This document shows, piece after piece, positions 53,508 through 63,991 of a stretch of 64,000 bases of DNA (position 1 is the first letter of the stretch; the number at the start of each line of letters is the position of its first letter). Origin of the DNA: Jatrophihabitans sp. Its GTDB lineage: Bacteria; Actinomycetota; Actinomycetes; Mycobacteriales; Jatrophihabitantaceae. The position numbers and the translations under genes were made by a program. Below the pieces are notes generated by a model. It was given only the letters and a program-made list of their open reading frames with translations. It searched no databases and was not told the DNA's origin. The DNA lies in assembly GCA_051000605.1 (NCBI GenBank), contig JBPCOE010000118.1:16682-80681 (forward strand), written 5' to 3'.

Positions 53508-53978
53508 CTACCAGCGGTAGTGGGCGAAGGCCTTGTTCGACTCCGCCATCTTGTGCATGTCCTCGCGACGCTTGACCGCGGCGCCCAGACCATTGCTGGC
53601 ATCCAGCAGCTCGTTCATCAGCCGCTCTGTCATCGTCTTCTCACGACGCTGCCTGGAGAAGCCGACCAGCCAGCGCAGCGCCAGCGTGGTGCTGCGGCTC
53701 GGGCGCACGTCGACCGGCACCTGGTAGGTGGCGCCACCGACGCGACGGCTCTTCACCTCGATGGCAGGCTTGACGTTCTCCAGCGCGCGCTTCAGCGTGA
53801 TCACCGGGTCGGCGCCGGACTTCTCGCGGCAACCTTCGAGGGCGCCGTAGACGATGCGCTCGGCTACCGAACGCTTACCGGCCATCAGCACCTTGTTGAC
53901 CAGCTGGGTCACCAGCGGTGAGGCATAGACCGGGTCGATGACTAGCGGACGACGCGGGGGCGGTCCCTTGCGGGGCAT
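53508..53978 (-). CDS. rpsG: 30S ribosomal protein S7
   Basis: [28 protein letters not shown]. Confidence 0.99.
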   Translation of the reverse strand: MPRKGPPPRRPLVIDPVYASPLVTQLVNKVLMAGKRSVAERIVYGALEGCREKSGADPVITLKRALENVKPAIEVKSRRVGGATYQVPVDVRPSRSTTLALRWLVGFSRQRREKTMTERLMNELLDASNGLGAAVKRREDMHKMAESNKAFAHYRW

Positions 53979-54352
53979 TAGCGCTTCTCCTTCTTCGCGC
54001 CGTACAGGCTGCGAGCCTGCTTGCGGCCGCGGACGCCCTGGGTGTCCAAGGTGCCGCGGATGATCTTGTAGCGGACGCCGGGGAGGTCCTTCACCCGACC
54101 ACCACGCACGAGCACGATCGAGTGCTCCTGAAGGTTGTGACCGACGCCCGGGATGTAGGCGGTGACCTCGATACCGCCGGTCAGCTTCACTCGGGCCACC
54201 TTGCGCAGCGCGGAGTTCGGCTTCTTCGGGGTCGTCGTGTAGACGCGAGTGCAGACTCCGCGGCGCTGGGGCGAACCCTTCAGCGCAGGGGTCTTCGTCT
54301 TCGCGATCTTGTCCTGCCGGCCCTTGCGGACCAGCTGCTGGATCGTAGGCAT
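53978..54352 (-). CDS. rpsL: 30S ribosomal protein S12
   Basis: [30 protein letters not shown]. Confidence 0.99.
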   Translation of the reverse strand: MPTIQQLVRKGRQDKIAKTKTPALKGSPQRRGVCTRVYTTTPKKPNSALRKVARVKLTGGIEVTAYIPGVGHNLQEHSIVLVRGGRVKDLPGVRYKIIRGTLDTQGVRGRKQARSLYGAKKEKR

Positions 54353-54726
54353 GCGGCCTGCAATCTCCCTTGCTGTCTCGTACCTGTCTCGCCGACCGGT
54401 CCCGGCTGGGATCGGCCTGTTCCTGCGTCGCTCTGTACGTGTGCGGTGCCGTAGTGCTGCGTTCAATTCCCACGTACTTGCTGCACTCCGTGCCCGTCTC
54501 CGGTCCACGCGGTCGGGTGTGTCGCACCCATTTCGCAGGGCAGGCAGGAGGCCAACCCCCTGGTCTGCACGGTGTTCTCGTCCACCGCTGCGGTACGTAG
54601 CACCTGAGCCGAAATCGGCCTTCTGGCTCCACGCCACCCGCGAGCACGAGTCGATACCCAGGTTTCCCCAGGCACAGGTGACCACAGTACCCGCGCAGCG
54701 CGGCCGGGGCAAAACTGTGCTGTGCT

Positions 54727-54935
54727 CATGATCGCCTCATCGATTCCTCGCGGAACCCTCGCTCCGCATCGGGGCCCACTCTCGATCGATACCTCGCTTC
54801 GCTCGGCCGCAAGCTCGCTGCGCTCGCGCGGGCGATCTGCTCTTCGCGCGAGCGCTCATCGCGTGGGGGTCACCCGACCGCCGTCACCCTGACCTGTCCG
54901 CGCGAGCGCTCATCGCGTGGGGGTCACCCGACCGC
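54727..54935 (-). repeat. cluster of MIRU-like modules upstream of rpsL (J6), including a 37-bp direct repeat with 54-bp period
   Basis: 54845-54881 equals 54899-54935; 54839-54861 equals 18156-18178; gctcgctgcgctc shared with J5. Confidence 0.85.
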
Positions 54936-54964
54936 GGCTAGTTGGTGGTTTCTCGGGCCCGCCC

Positions 54965-55054
54965 CTTGTGCCGAGAGGGAGCTTTCCGTCGCGACACGCC
55001 GAGGATTCTGACTGGAAGCTCCCGCTCGGCCGCGAAAACCTCCCGCTCGACCGG
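54965..55054 (-). repeat. family-2 interspersed repeat, left copy
   Basis: Reverse complement matches 63714-63803 at 75/90 positions without gaps (hand count). Confidence 0.85.
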
Positions 55055-55227
55055 TGGGATCGCCGAACGTGCCCGTTACTCGCCTCGACTGTGCCCGGTT
55101 GGGTCGGGGTGTTGCGCAGGCCACACCTCAGGGTCATGGTCGCTCATGTGCGCACCTGTGAAGTTCCTGTCTCCCGAAGCCGGCCCGGTTCGGGCAGGCA
55201 GCCGCTGGACTCCCGGGGGATTGGCCG

Positions 55228-56202
55228 ATGATCGTCACGATCACCGCGAATCCCTCGCTGGATCGGACATATCAGGTCGACAGTCTTCAGCCCGGTGCGG
55301 TGAACCGGGCCTCCCTCGACACCGTCGAGGCCAGCGGCAAGGGAGTCAACGTGTCCCGGGTGCTGACGGCGGCCGGGGTGGACACCCTCGCGGTGACGAT
55401 GGCCGGTGGGGCGGAAGGCGAGCAGCTGGTGCGGCTGTTGGTCGCCGGCGCGGTGCCACACCGCGCGCACCGGGCGACTGCGACAACCCGCACCAACGTC
55501 ACCGTGCTCGGCCCCACCGGCGTCACCACGAAGGTGAACGCAGCCGGCGAACCCCCGAGCGCCGCTGATCTGGATGCCCTTCTCGACCTGACCGCCGGGT
55601 GCGTCGCACCTGGCGACTGGCTGGTGATCGCCGGGACCGAGCCGCCCGGGCCGTACCGACTGACCGAGCGAGCCATTGCAGTCGCGCACGCCGCCGGCGC
55701 CAGGGTCGCAGTCGACACCTCCGGCTCCCCGCTGGCGGCGGCGCACACTGCCGGCGCGGATCTGCTCGCCCCCAACAACGGCGAGCTCGCCGATCTTCTC
55801 GGCGAGCGCGCCTCGGCCTTGCCGGATCCGGTCGACCGGGCGATCGCCGACGCTCGCACCCTCATCGAGGGTGCTGCGCTGCCTGCGCTGTTGGTCAGCC
55901 TGGGTGAGCACGGTGCGATCTACGCTGCCGGCCAGGCCGCATGGCATGCCGTTGCGCCGTCGGTCGTGCCGGTCAACACGGCCGGAGCCGGCGACGCGCT
56001 CCTGGCCGGCTTTCTCGGCACCGGCGGCGACATCCCCGCGCGGCTGGCCCGTGCCGTCGCGTGGGGCACCGCGGCCTGTCAACGTCCCGAAACGGCCGGC
56101 GACGTCTCGTCGGCTGACCCCACCACAGTCAGGGTGCGCACCGTGACCGACCCGGGCAAGACCGATCTCGACCCGTCCAGCGACCAACAGGAGGCTTCGT
56201 GA
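55228..56202 (+). CDS. 1-phosphofructokinase/LacC family (PfkB) hexose-phosphate kinase
   Basis: TITANPSLD, GKGVNV, PNNGEL, NTAGAGD. Confidence 0.9.
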   Translation: MIVTITANPSLDRTYQVDSLQPGAVNRASLDTVEASGKGVNVSRVLTAAGVDTLAVTMAGGAEGEQLVRLLVAGAVPHRAHRATATTRTNVTVLGPTGVTTKVNAAGEPPSAADLDALLDLTAGCVAPGDWLVIAGTEPPGPYRLTERAIAVAHAAGARVAVDTSGSPLAAAHTAGADLLAPNNGELADLLGERASALPDPVDRAIADARTLIEGAALPALLVSLGEHGAIYAAGQAAWHAVAPSVVPVNTAGAGDALLAGFLGTGGDIPARLARAVAWGTAACQRPETAGDVSSADPTTVRVRTVTDPGKTDLDPSSDQQEAS

Positions 56203-57578
56203 AGCGGCTACGCAAGACATCCAGGGCCGTCGTCCTCACCGTCTGCGCCGGGCTGGCAGCCGCCAGTCTGAGCGCCTGCGGTGGCTTCGGTGGCACCGGC
56301 GGCGGCAAGGATTCCATCAACGTGCTGATGGTGAACAACCCGCAGATGATCGACATCCAGAAGCTCACCAGCCAGTACTTCACCAAGAAGACCGGCATCA
56401 AGGTGAACTACACGGTGCTGCCGGAGAACGACGTCCGGGACAAGATCAGCCAGGAGCTGTCCAGCCAGGCCGGCATCTACGACGTCTCGACGATCTCGAA
56501 CTACGAGGTGCCGTTCTATGCCAAGGCCGGCTGGCTCACCCCGCTCGACTCGTACACGAAGAACGCCTCGCGGGGATTCGACCCGAGCCAGCCGTTCGAC
56601 CAGAGCGACATCTTCCCAGGCATGACCAAATCACTGTCAGCCGCGGACGGCAAGCTCTACGCCGAGCCGTTCTACGGGGAGTCGTCCTTCCTGATGTACC
56701 GCAAGGACGTATTCGCCGCTAAGGGTCTGACGATGCCGTCACACCCCACCTGGCAGCAGGTCGCCGACCTTGCCGCAAAGGTCGACAACGCGCAGCCCGG
56801 TATGCGCGGCATCTGTCTGCGTGGACAGGTCGGCTGGGGCCAGGTCTTCGCACCGCTGACCACCGTCGTGAACACCTTCGGCGGTACGTGGTACGACAAG
56901 AACTGGAACGCCCAGGTCGACGCGCAGCCGTTCAAGGACGCGGTGAACTTCTACGTCGACCTGGTCCGCAAGCATGGCGAGGCAGGCGCACCCCAAGCCG
57001 GCTTCACCGAGTGCTTGACCGCACTGGAGACCGGCAAGACCGCGATGTGGTACGACGCCACCTCCGCGGCCGGCTCCCTGGAGAGCGACGCCTCCCCCAA
57101 CAAGGGCAAGTTCGGTTACGTTGCTGCGCCGGTGGTCAAGACCAAGACGTCCGGCTGGTTGTACGCCTGGTCGTGGGCGATCGAGCACGCCAGCAAGAAG
57201 AAGGACGACGCCTGGAAGTTCATCTCGTGGGCGTCAAGCAAGCAGTACGAGCAGTTGGTTGGCGAGAAGCTCGGCTGGGCCAGCGTCCCGGCCGGCAAGC
57301 GGCAGTCCACCTACGACAACCCGGACTACCTGAAGGCGTCTGCGGCCTTCGCCGAGCCGACCAAGGAAGCGATCCTCGCAGCTGACCCGGCCAATCCGGG
57401 CGTGCAGGCCCGACCGGTGCCGGGCATCCAGTTCATGGACTTCCCCGAATTCGCCGCGATGGCAACAACCGTCTCGCAATACATCAGCACCGCGATAGCC
57501 GGCCAGATGAGTGTCGATACGGCATTGAAGAAAGGCCAGAAAGTCGCGGCCCGGATAGGAAAGGACTACAAGAAATGA
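56199..57578 (+). CDS. sugar/polyol ABC transporter substrate-binding lipoprotein (SmoE-like)
   Basis: Lipobox LSAC; PFYGESS, MWYDAT, GWLYAW motifs. Confidence 0.9.
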   Translation: MKRLRKTSRAVVLTVCAGLAAASLSACGGFGGTGGGKDSINVLMVNNPQMIDIQKLTSQYFTKKTGIKVNYTVLPENDVRDKISQELSSQAGIYDVSTISNYEVPFYAKAGWLTPLDSYTKNASRGFDPSQPFDQSDIFPGMTKSLSAADGKLYAEPFYGESSFLMYRKDVFAAKGLTMPSHPTWQQVADLAAKVDNAQPGMRGICLRGQVGWGQVFAPLTTVVNTFGGTWYDKNWNAQVDAQPFKDAVNFYVDLVRKHGEAGAPQAGFTECLTALETGKTAMWYDATSAAGSLESDASPNKGKFGYVAAPVVKTKTSGWLYAWSWAIEHASKKKDDAWKFISWASSKQYEQLVGEKLGWASVPAGKRQSTYDNPDYLKASAAFAEPTKEAILAADPANPGVQARPVPGIQFMDFPEFAAMATTVSQYISTAIAGQMSVDTALKKGQKVAARIGKDYKK

Positions 57579-58540
57579 CCGCCACTCTTGATAGGCCGCC
57601 GTCCGCTGCTGCCAAGCCGGGGCCGGGATCGCAGTCGGCTGCGCTGCGGCGATCGACCAACTGGGCGCGCCGCGCACCCTTGATGCCGGCGCTGATCTTC
57701 ATGATCATCGTGACTCAGTTGCCGTTCATCGCCACCCTGGTCATCTCGTTCCTGCGGTGGAACGCGCTGCGCCCCGAGCTGGGCAAGAAGTTCACCGGGT
57801 TCGGCAACTACTCCAGCGTGCTGAGCGACCCGGACTTCCGCGCGTCGATCGTCTTCACCGTGGTACTCACCGTCACGGTGGTATTGGTGAGTCTGTTCCT
57901 CGGCCTGCTCCTGGCGCTGCTTCTCGACCGGCAGTTCCGCGGTCGCGGTCTGGTGCGGACGATGCTCATCGCACCGTTCCTGGTCGTGCCGATCGCCAGC
58001 GCATTGCTCTGGAAGCACGCGCTGTTGAACCCGCTTTACGGCGCGTTCAACGGGACGCTCTCGGTGATCTGGAAATGGTTCGGCTCGAGCAACCCGCCGC
58101 AGCCGGACTGGTTGACCGACCACCCGAAGCTGGCCGTGGAGATGTCGCTGATCTGGCAGTGGACGCCGTTCATGATGCTGATCCTGCTGGCCGGGCTGCA
58201 GAGCCGGCCGGCGGATGCAGTGGAGGCAGCCAACATGGACGGCGCCTCGACCTGGCAGGTCTTCCGGTTCCTCACCTTGCCGCACCTGCGGCAGTACCTG
58301 GAACTCGGTGGACTGCTCGGCTCGATCTACGTGGTGCAGAACTTCGACGCGGTCTTCACCATCACATCCGGCTCGCAGGGCACGTCCAACCTGCCGTACA
58401 GCATCTACAACATCTTCTTCACCGCGCACGACTACGGCCGTGCTTCAGCAGCCGGCGTCATCGTGGTGATCGGATCGATCGTCATCGCCACCTTCGCGTT
58501 GCGCGTGGTGTCCTCGCTGTTCGAGGAGGGCAACAAGTGA
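57575..58540 (+). CDS. carbohydrate ABC transporter permease
   Basis: Multi-TM; EAANMDGAS.W..F EAA loop. Confidence 0.92.
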   Translation: MTATLDRPPSAAAKPGPGSQSAALRRSTNWARRAPLMPALIFMIIVTQLPFIATLVISFLRWNALRPELGKKFTGFGNYSSVLSDPDFRASIVFTVVLTVTVVLVSLFLGLLLALLLDRQFRGRGLVRTMLIAPFLVVPIASALLWKHALLNPLYGAFNGTLSVIWKWFGSSNPPQPDWLTDHPKLAVEMSLIWQWTPFMMLILLAGLQSRPADAVEAANMDGASTWQVFRFLTLPHLRQYLELGGLLGSIYVVQNFDAVFTITSGSQGTSNLPYSIYNIFFTAHDYGRASAAGVIVVIGSIVIATFALRVVSSLFEEGNK

Positions 58541-58580
58541 TCATTTCACCCCAGCCCTCCGCCATCGTTGGGAGTTCACG

Positions 58581-59474
58581 ATGACCGCCACCACCGCTGC
58601 TGCACACCAGTCCGAGGTCGCCCTCGATTCGACGCTCGGCCGGGACGTGCCGGGCAAACGCCGGCGCGAAGGAAACCTCTGGGGGCTACTGGCCTGGATC
58701 ATCGGCCTGCTGTTCGTCTCGCCGGTGCTCTGGATGATCTGGCTGTCCTTCCACTCCGAGGCAGACGCGTCGGCGAACCCGCCGAAATTCACCGCACCAT
58801 TGACCGTCGAGGGCTACCGCGACTTCTTCGGTGGCGGACAGAGCCCCTGGCCGTCGCTGCTGAACTCGCTCACCGCGAGCGTGGTGTCGACGTTGGTGGT
58901 GCTGCTGCTGGCGATCCCAGCCGCGTATGCGCTGTCGATCCGGCCGGTCAAGAGGTGGACCGACGTGATGTTCTTCTTCCTGTCCACGAAGATGTTGCCG
59001 ATCGTCGCCGGCCTGCTGCCGGTGTACCTGATCTCGCAGAAGCTGCACATGCTCGACAACATCTTCCTGCTGGTCATCCTCTACGCGTCGATGAACCTGC
59101 CGATCGCGGTCTGGATGATGCGCTCGTTCCTGTCCGAGGTGCCGGTCGAGATGCTCGAGGCCGCCGCGATCGACGGAGCCAGGTTGCCGACGATCCTGCG
59201 TTCGATCATCGCACCGGTCGCCATGCCGGGTATCGCGGCGACGTCGCTGATCTGCTTCATCTTCAGTTGGAACGAGTTGCTCTTCGCGAAAGTGCTCACC
59301 GCCGTGGTCGCGCAGACGTCGCCGGTGTTCCTGACCGGATTCATCACCAGTCAGGGGCTGTTCCTGGCCAAGGTGTGCGCAGCTGCAACGATCATCTCGC
59401 TGCCCGTACTCGCCGCCGGGTTCGCGGCGCAGGACAAACTGGTGCAGGGCCTGTCGCTCGGCGCCGTCAAATAA
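58581..59474 (+). CDS. carbohydrate ABC transporter permease
   Basis: EAAAIDGA loop, FIFSWNE, GLSLGAVK. Confidence 0.92.
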   Translation: MTATTAAAHQSEVALDSTLGRDVPGKRRREGNLWGLLAWIIGLLFVSPVLWMIWLSFHSEADASANPPKFTAPLTVEGYRDFFGGGQSPWPSLLNSLTASVVSTLVVLLLAIPAAYALSIRPVKRWTDVMFFFLSTKMLPIVAGLLPVYLISQKLHMLDNIFLLVILYASMNLPIAVWMMRSFLSEVPVEMLEAAAIDGARLPTILRSIIAPVAMPGIAATSLICFIFSWNELLFAKVLTAVVAQTSPVFLTGFITSQGLFLAKVCAAATIISLPVLAAGFAAQDKLVQGLSLGAVK

Positions 59475-59613
59475 CGCAAGATGATCGCGCTACTGGAATC
59501 GGTGGGGTGCTCAACCGTCGCGCGGCCGCGGACCGTCGCGGGTCACTCTGGCCCGGTCACCCAACACTGTACCTAACGGGACGTCGCCCAGCCGGGCGCG
59601 GAGGGACTGACTC

Positions 59614-60603
59614 ATGAAAGCTGCCATCATCACGGGTGTCGGCCAGGCCGAGGTCACCACGGTCGACGACCCGAAGCCGGGGCCGCGGGATGTGATCGTG
59701 GATGTCGCCGCGTGCGGCATCTGCGGTACCGACCTGCACATCCTGCAGGGCGAGTTCGCGCCATCCCTGCCGATCGTGCCGGGCCACGAGTTCGCCGGCA
59801 CCATCGTGGAATTGGGCAAGGAGGTGGACACGCTGTCCGTGGGCGACCGCGTCGCCGTGGACCCGTCCCTGTTCTGCTTCGAGTGTTACTACTGCCGGCT
59901 GGGCAAGAACAACCTTTGCGAGAACTGGAACGCGATCGGCGTCACCCAACCCGGCGGCAGCGCGGAGTTCGCCAAGGCGCCAGCGGCGAACTGTGTGCGG
60001 CTACCCGAGCACGTCCGGCTCGAGGACGCGGCGCTGATCGAGCCGTTGTCCTGCGCGGTGCGCGGCTACGACGTGCTCAAGTCGCAGCTGGCCAACAGCG
60101 TGCTCATCTATGGCTCCGGGACGATGGGCCTGATGATGCTGCAGTTGGCCAAGCGGGTCGGCGCGACGAGTGTCGACGTGGTCGACCTGAACACCGATCG
60201 GCTGGAGACCGCAAAGCAGCTCGGGGTCACCGCCGCCGCGCAGTCCGCCGACGAGCTGGACCGGCCTCGGCTCTGGGATCTGGTGGTGGACGCGACCGGT
60301 AACGCAAAGGCGATTCAGGACGGGCTCAGTCGGGTCGGGAAGGGCGGCACATTCCTGCAGTTCGGCGTCTCTGACTACGCCGCCCGCGCCGAGATCGAGC
60401 CGTACAAGATCTACAACCAGGAGATCACCATCACCGGATCGATGGCGGTGCTGAACAGTTACGAACGGGCCGCGGCGCTGTTTGCCGACGGCGTCATCGA
60501 CCCCGACGTGTTCATCTCCGATCGGCTGCCTTTGGACCAGTACACCGATGCTCTCGACCGGTTCGCGAAGGGCATCGGCCGCAAGATCCAAGTACTGCCT
60601 TGA
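59614..60603 (+). CDS. Zn-dependent polyol dehydrogenase (sorbitol dehydrogenase-like)
   Basis: CGICGTDLH, GHEFAG, CFECYYC..C, EPLSC. Confidence 0.92.
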   Translation: MKAAIITGVGQAEVTTVDDPKPGPRDVIVDVAACGICGTDLHILQGEFAPSLPIVPGHEFAGTIVELGKEVDTLSVGDRVAVDPSLFCFECYYCRLGKNNLCENWNAIGVTQPGGSAEFAKAPAANCVRLPEHVRLEDAALIEPLSCAVRGYDVLKSQLANSVLIYGSGTMGLMMLQLAKRVGATSVDVVDLNTDRLETAKQLGVTAAAQSADELDRPRLWDLVVDATGNAKAIQDGLSRVGKGGTFLQFGVSDYAARAEIEPYKIYNQEITITGSMAVLNSYERAAALFADGVIDPDVFISDRLPLDQYTDALDRFAKGIGRKIQVLP

Positions 60604-61673
60604 TCTCGCCGGAACGGCACCCGCTGCGCACGGTATTCGTTGGCGACCAGTTCATCCCGGCGAGCACTTACGCCGACGCGCTCGGTGAATCGGGCGGCAG
60701 CGAGCTGGTCGACGGCCGCTCGATCAGCTGGGAGGGCAGCAAGTCCGATCAGCATGCGGCGCAGCACTCGATGGAATTGCACGGTTCGGACGCCGTCCCG
60801 CCATCTCCCGCCATCCTCGCCGCGGTCGCGGATGCCGAAGCGATCTGTGTGCACTTCGCCCCGGTGAGCTCCGCGGTGTTCGACGCCGCACCGCGGCTGC
60901 GGCTGATCGCGGTGGCCCGGACCGGCCTGCAGAACGTGGACGTGGAGGCGGCCTCGGTGCGTGGGGTGGCGGTGACCGCCGCCTTCGGCCGGAATGCCGG
61001 CGCCGTCGCAGAGCTGCAGCTCGGGCTGATGCTGGCCGAGGCACGGAACATCGCGCGAGCCGACGCCAGCATCAAGTCCGGCGGGTGGCGCAAGGAGTTC
61101 CCCGGCGCGCGCATCGAGCTCGCCGGGCGCACGGTAGCGATGATCGGCTTCGGTCACGTGGGCCGCACCTTCGCCCGGCGCTTGCGTGGATTCGAACCCG
61201 ATCTGCTCGTCTTCGATCCCTACGCGGACGACGCAGCTCTGGCTGATGTCAGCGCCCGTCGCGCGCCGACGCTCGGCGCGGCGTTCGCCGAGGGCGACTT
61301 CGTCGTCGTGCAGGTGCCGGTCACCAAGGAGACCACTGGATTCATCGGCGCGATGCAGTTCGCCGCGATGAAGCCGACCGCCTATTTCGTCAATGTCGCG
61401 CGCAGCAGGGTTGTCGATTACGACGCGCTCTACGCGACGCTGGCCGCGGGGCGGATCGCCGGGGCCGGCCTGGATGTCTTCGATGACGAACCGCTGCCTG
61501 ACGACAGCAGGTGGCGCGCGCTGGACAATGTCACGATGACGACCCACTTCGGCGGTGACACCGCGGAGACGAACACCGCGTCAGCACGGATCGTGATCGA
61601 CAACGTGCTCGAGTTCGCCCGGACCGGGAGGGCGAGCAACGCGGTGAACATCGCCGTCCCGAGCAGCCGGTGA
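60600..61673 (+). CDS. D-isomer-specific 2-hydroxyacid dehydrogenase family protein
   Basis: IGFGHVG Rossmann motif; NVAR, LDVFDDEP, TTHFGG (R/E/H triad). Confidence 0.9.
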   Translation: MISPERHPLRTVFVGDQFIPASTYADALGESGGSELVDGRSISWEGSKSDQHAAQHSMELHGSDAVPPSPAILAAVADAEAICVHFAPVSSAVFDAAPRLRLIAVARTGLQNVDVEAASVRGVAVTAAFGRNAGAVAELQLGLMLAEARNIARADASIKSGGWRKEFPGARIELAGRTVAMIGFGHVGRTFARRLRGFEPDLLVFDPYADDAALADVSARRAPTLGAAFAEGDFVVVQVPVTKETTGFIGAMQFAAMKPTAYFVNVARSRVVDYDALYATLAAGRIAGAGLDVFDDEPLPDDSRWRALDNVTMTTHFGGDTAETNTASARIVIDNVLEFARTGRASNAVNIAVPSSR

Positions 61674-63157
61674 CGCCGGACCTGCTACTGGGCCTCGACG
61701 CCGGCCAGACGGTCATCAAGGCGGCGGTCTTCGACCGCGACGGCGCCCAACTCGCGGTCAGCACCGCCCACACACCGACGGCGTCGCGGCACGCCCGCTG
61801 GCAGGAGCGCGACATGGACGTGCTCTGGACTGCTGCCGCGACCGCGATCGGCGAGGTTGTCGGCCTGGTCGGAGCGCAGCGCATCGCCGCAGTGGGCATC
61901 TGCGGGCACGGGGACGGTTTGCACCTCGTCGACGAGCGCGGTGAGCCCGTGCGGGCGGCGGTCCTGGCCACGGACAGTCGTGCCCATAACTACGCCGAGC
62001 GGCTCGCCACCAGCGCCGGTGCGGCCGAGCTGATGACGCTCACCGGTCAGCAGGTGTCCGCGTTCTCGGCCGGCCCGTTGTTGTCCTGGTTACGCGATCA
62101 CGAACCCGACGTGCTGCGCCGAGCTCGCTGGATGCTGTTCGCCAAGGACTGGATCCGGTACCGGCTCACCGGCGAGATCGGCACCGACTTCACTGATGCG
62201 AGTTCGACGGTCTTCGACATCCGCGCCCGAGGCTGGTCACCGCGGGCCCTGCAGCTCGAGGGCCTGGCCGAACTGTCCCACCTGCTCCCACCGGTCGGCG
62301 CCAGCACCGAGGTGATCGGAGCAGTTCTGCCCGGCGCCGCAGCGGCGACCGGGTTACCGACCGGCACCCCCGTCGTCCGCGGAGCTCACGACGTCGACGC
62401 GGCCGCGGCGGGCATGGGCGCAATCGCAGACGGTGCGACCAGCGTGGTGATGGGCACCTTCAGCATCAACCAGATCGTTGCCGGGCAACCAGCCGTCGAC
62501 CCGAGATGGCAGGCGCGGTGCTTCCTCACCGACGACCAGTGGCTGCACATGTCGACCTCGCCGTCGTCCGCGTCCAATCTCGACTGGGTGCTGCGCGAGT
62601 TTGGACCGCTCGATGCTGCCGGTGAGCCCGACCCGGTTGCCGCGGGCCGGCTGGCGTTCGGGACTTCCGCGCGACACGCACCACCGGTGTTCGTCCCACT
62701 GCTCTTCGGTGGGCCGTTCGGCGATCAGGTCGAGGCCGGTTTCACCGGACTGCGCGGATGGCACACCCGGGCCGATGTGCTGCGTGCCGTGTTCGAGGGC
62801 ATCGTGTTCACCCACCGGTGGCATCTCGACGCGCTCGCCGAGCAGTTGCCGGTGCGGGCCCGCCCGCTGCGGCTAGGCGGTGGCGGCAGCAACAGTCCTG
62901 CGTGGAGCCAATTGCTCGCCGACGCGACCGGCCTGGTTGTCGAGGTCACCGACTCGACGCAGTCCGGCGCTCGAGGCGCTGCCTTGCTGGCCGGCGTGGG
63001 CGTTGGCAGCTATCGCGATCTTGCTGACGCGACCGATGCCGGCACCCGGGTGTTGCGTACCCATCTACCCGACTCGGACCGGCACGGCGAGCTGTCCGAG
63101 CGCTACCAGCGCTACCTTGCAGCGGTGACCGCATTGCGCTCTCTGGCGCCGTCCTGA
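61670..63157 (+). CDS. FGGY family carbohydrate kinase (L-xylulose/LyxK-like)
   Basis: [33 protein letters not shown]. Confidence 0.88.
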   Translation: MTPDLLLGLDAGQTVIKAAVFDRDGAQLAVSTAHTPTASRHARWQERDMDVLWTAAATAIGEVVGLVGAQRIAAVGICGHGDGLHLVDERGEPVRAAVLATDSRAHNYAERLATSAGAAELMTLTGQQVSAFSAGPLLSWLRDHEPDVLRRARWMLFAKDWIRYRLTGEIGTDFTDASSTVFDIRARGWSPRALQLEGLAELSHLLPPVGASTEVIGAVLPGAAAATGLPTGTPVVRGAHDVDAAAAGMGAIADGATSVVMGTFSINQIVAGQPAVDPRWQARCFLTDDQWLHMSTSPSSASNLDWVLREFGPLDAAGEPDPVAAGRLAFGTSARHAPPVFVPLLFGGPFGDQVEAGFTGLRGWHTRADVLRAVFEGIVFTHRWHLDALAEQLPVRARPLRLGGGGSNSPAWSQLLADATGLVVEVTDSTQSGARGAALLAGVGVGSYRDLADATDAGTRVLRTHLPDSDRHGELSERYQRYLAAVTALRSLAPS

Positions 63158-63378
63158 TCGACGGGGTTGGCAGCGGCCTGGTTTCTGCTACCGTTGTCCC
63201 TGGTTGCAAGTTGCAGTATTCCTCGATCGTCATGACGTCCGCGGATTCTCGCAGCGGGCGTCATCGTCGTATTCGGGCTTCCCGATGCGATATCGACGTC
63301 CACAACCCGGCACCCGCACAGTGCGGATGCCGACGAGTGGGGCGCGCAACGTGCACCACAGATGTAGGGAGAAACAGT

Positions 63379-63582
63379 ATGGCTCAGGGAACCGTCAAGT
63401 GGTTCAACAGCGAGAAGGGCTTCGGCTTCATCGCTCCTGACGGCAATGGCCCGGACGTGTTCGTCCACTACTCGGCCATTCAGGCCGACGGCTACCGCTC
63501 GCTGGACGAGAACCAGCGCGTGGAGTTCGACATCACGCAGGGTCAGAAGGGCCCGCAGGCGGAGAACGTCCGCCCAGTCTGA
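63379..63582 (+). CDS. cspA: cold-shock protein
   Basis: [24 protein letters not shown]. Confidence 0.96.
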   Translation: MAQGTVKWFNSEKGFGFIAPDGNGPDVFVHYSAIQADGYRSLDENQRVEFDITQGQKGPQAENVRPV

Positions 63583-63630
63583 TCGCGGGTATGCCGTCGG
63601 CCTGAGGCTGACTGCAACCAACGAGACGCC

Positions 63631-63665
63631 ACGAAGCCCGGTCCCCAGGTGGGGCCGGGCTTCGT
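63631..63665 (+). terminator. intrinsic terminator-like hairpin after cspA
   Basis: 15-bp stem with one G-U pair: acgaagcccggtccc / ggggccgggcttcgt. Confidence 0.75.
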
Positions 63666-63713
63666 TGCGTCCGGGCCCAATCGGTCGAGTAGCCCGGCGC
63701 AAAAGTGGATTGC

Positions 63714-63803
63714 CCGGCCGAGCGGGAGGTTTCTGCCGCCGAGCGGGAGCTTTCATTCACGATGATCGGCGTGTCGCGACGGAATCCTCCCTCTCAACAC
63801 GAG
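63714..63803 (+). repeat. family-2 interspersed repeat, right copy
   Basis: Inverted match to 54965-55054; core tcggcgtgtcgcgacggaa identical. Confidence 0.85.
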
Positions 63804-63916
63804 GACGAACCCGCGATGGGTAGCCCTGCGTCAAGCTGCTGGCTATTGATCTTGGCGGCGCGGTCTCGTTGCGGGCAGGTTCCCACCCGGTGCACTGGGC
63901 TGTGCCGGTGGGTTGC

Positions 63917-63991
63917 GTCGGAATATTGCCGCAGTCGCGCGTTGCGGTGCCAAATCCGGCCCGGATCGGCCGGTCGCGGCGATATTCCGAC
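63917..63991. repeat. inverted repeat, 16-bp arms
   Basis: gtcggaatattgccgc (63917-63932) vs gcggcgatattccgac (63976-63991), one mismatch. Confidence 0.7.

Noticed and set aside
54845-54935. 37-bp direct repeats as a possible CRISPR array
   Set aside because: Only two copies, a 17-nt spacer, no cas genes, and the unit shares sequence with the interspersed J family.
63160-63378. cspA 5' UTR as a thermoregulator RNA
   Set aside because: Plausible by analogy, but I could not verify a structure or family match without a covariance search.
54965-63803. Composite transposon call for the inverted-repeat-flanked block
   Set aside because: No transposase or integrase, and no target-site duplication identified; reported only as a repeat observation.
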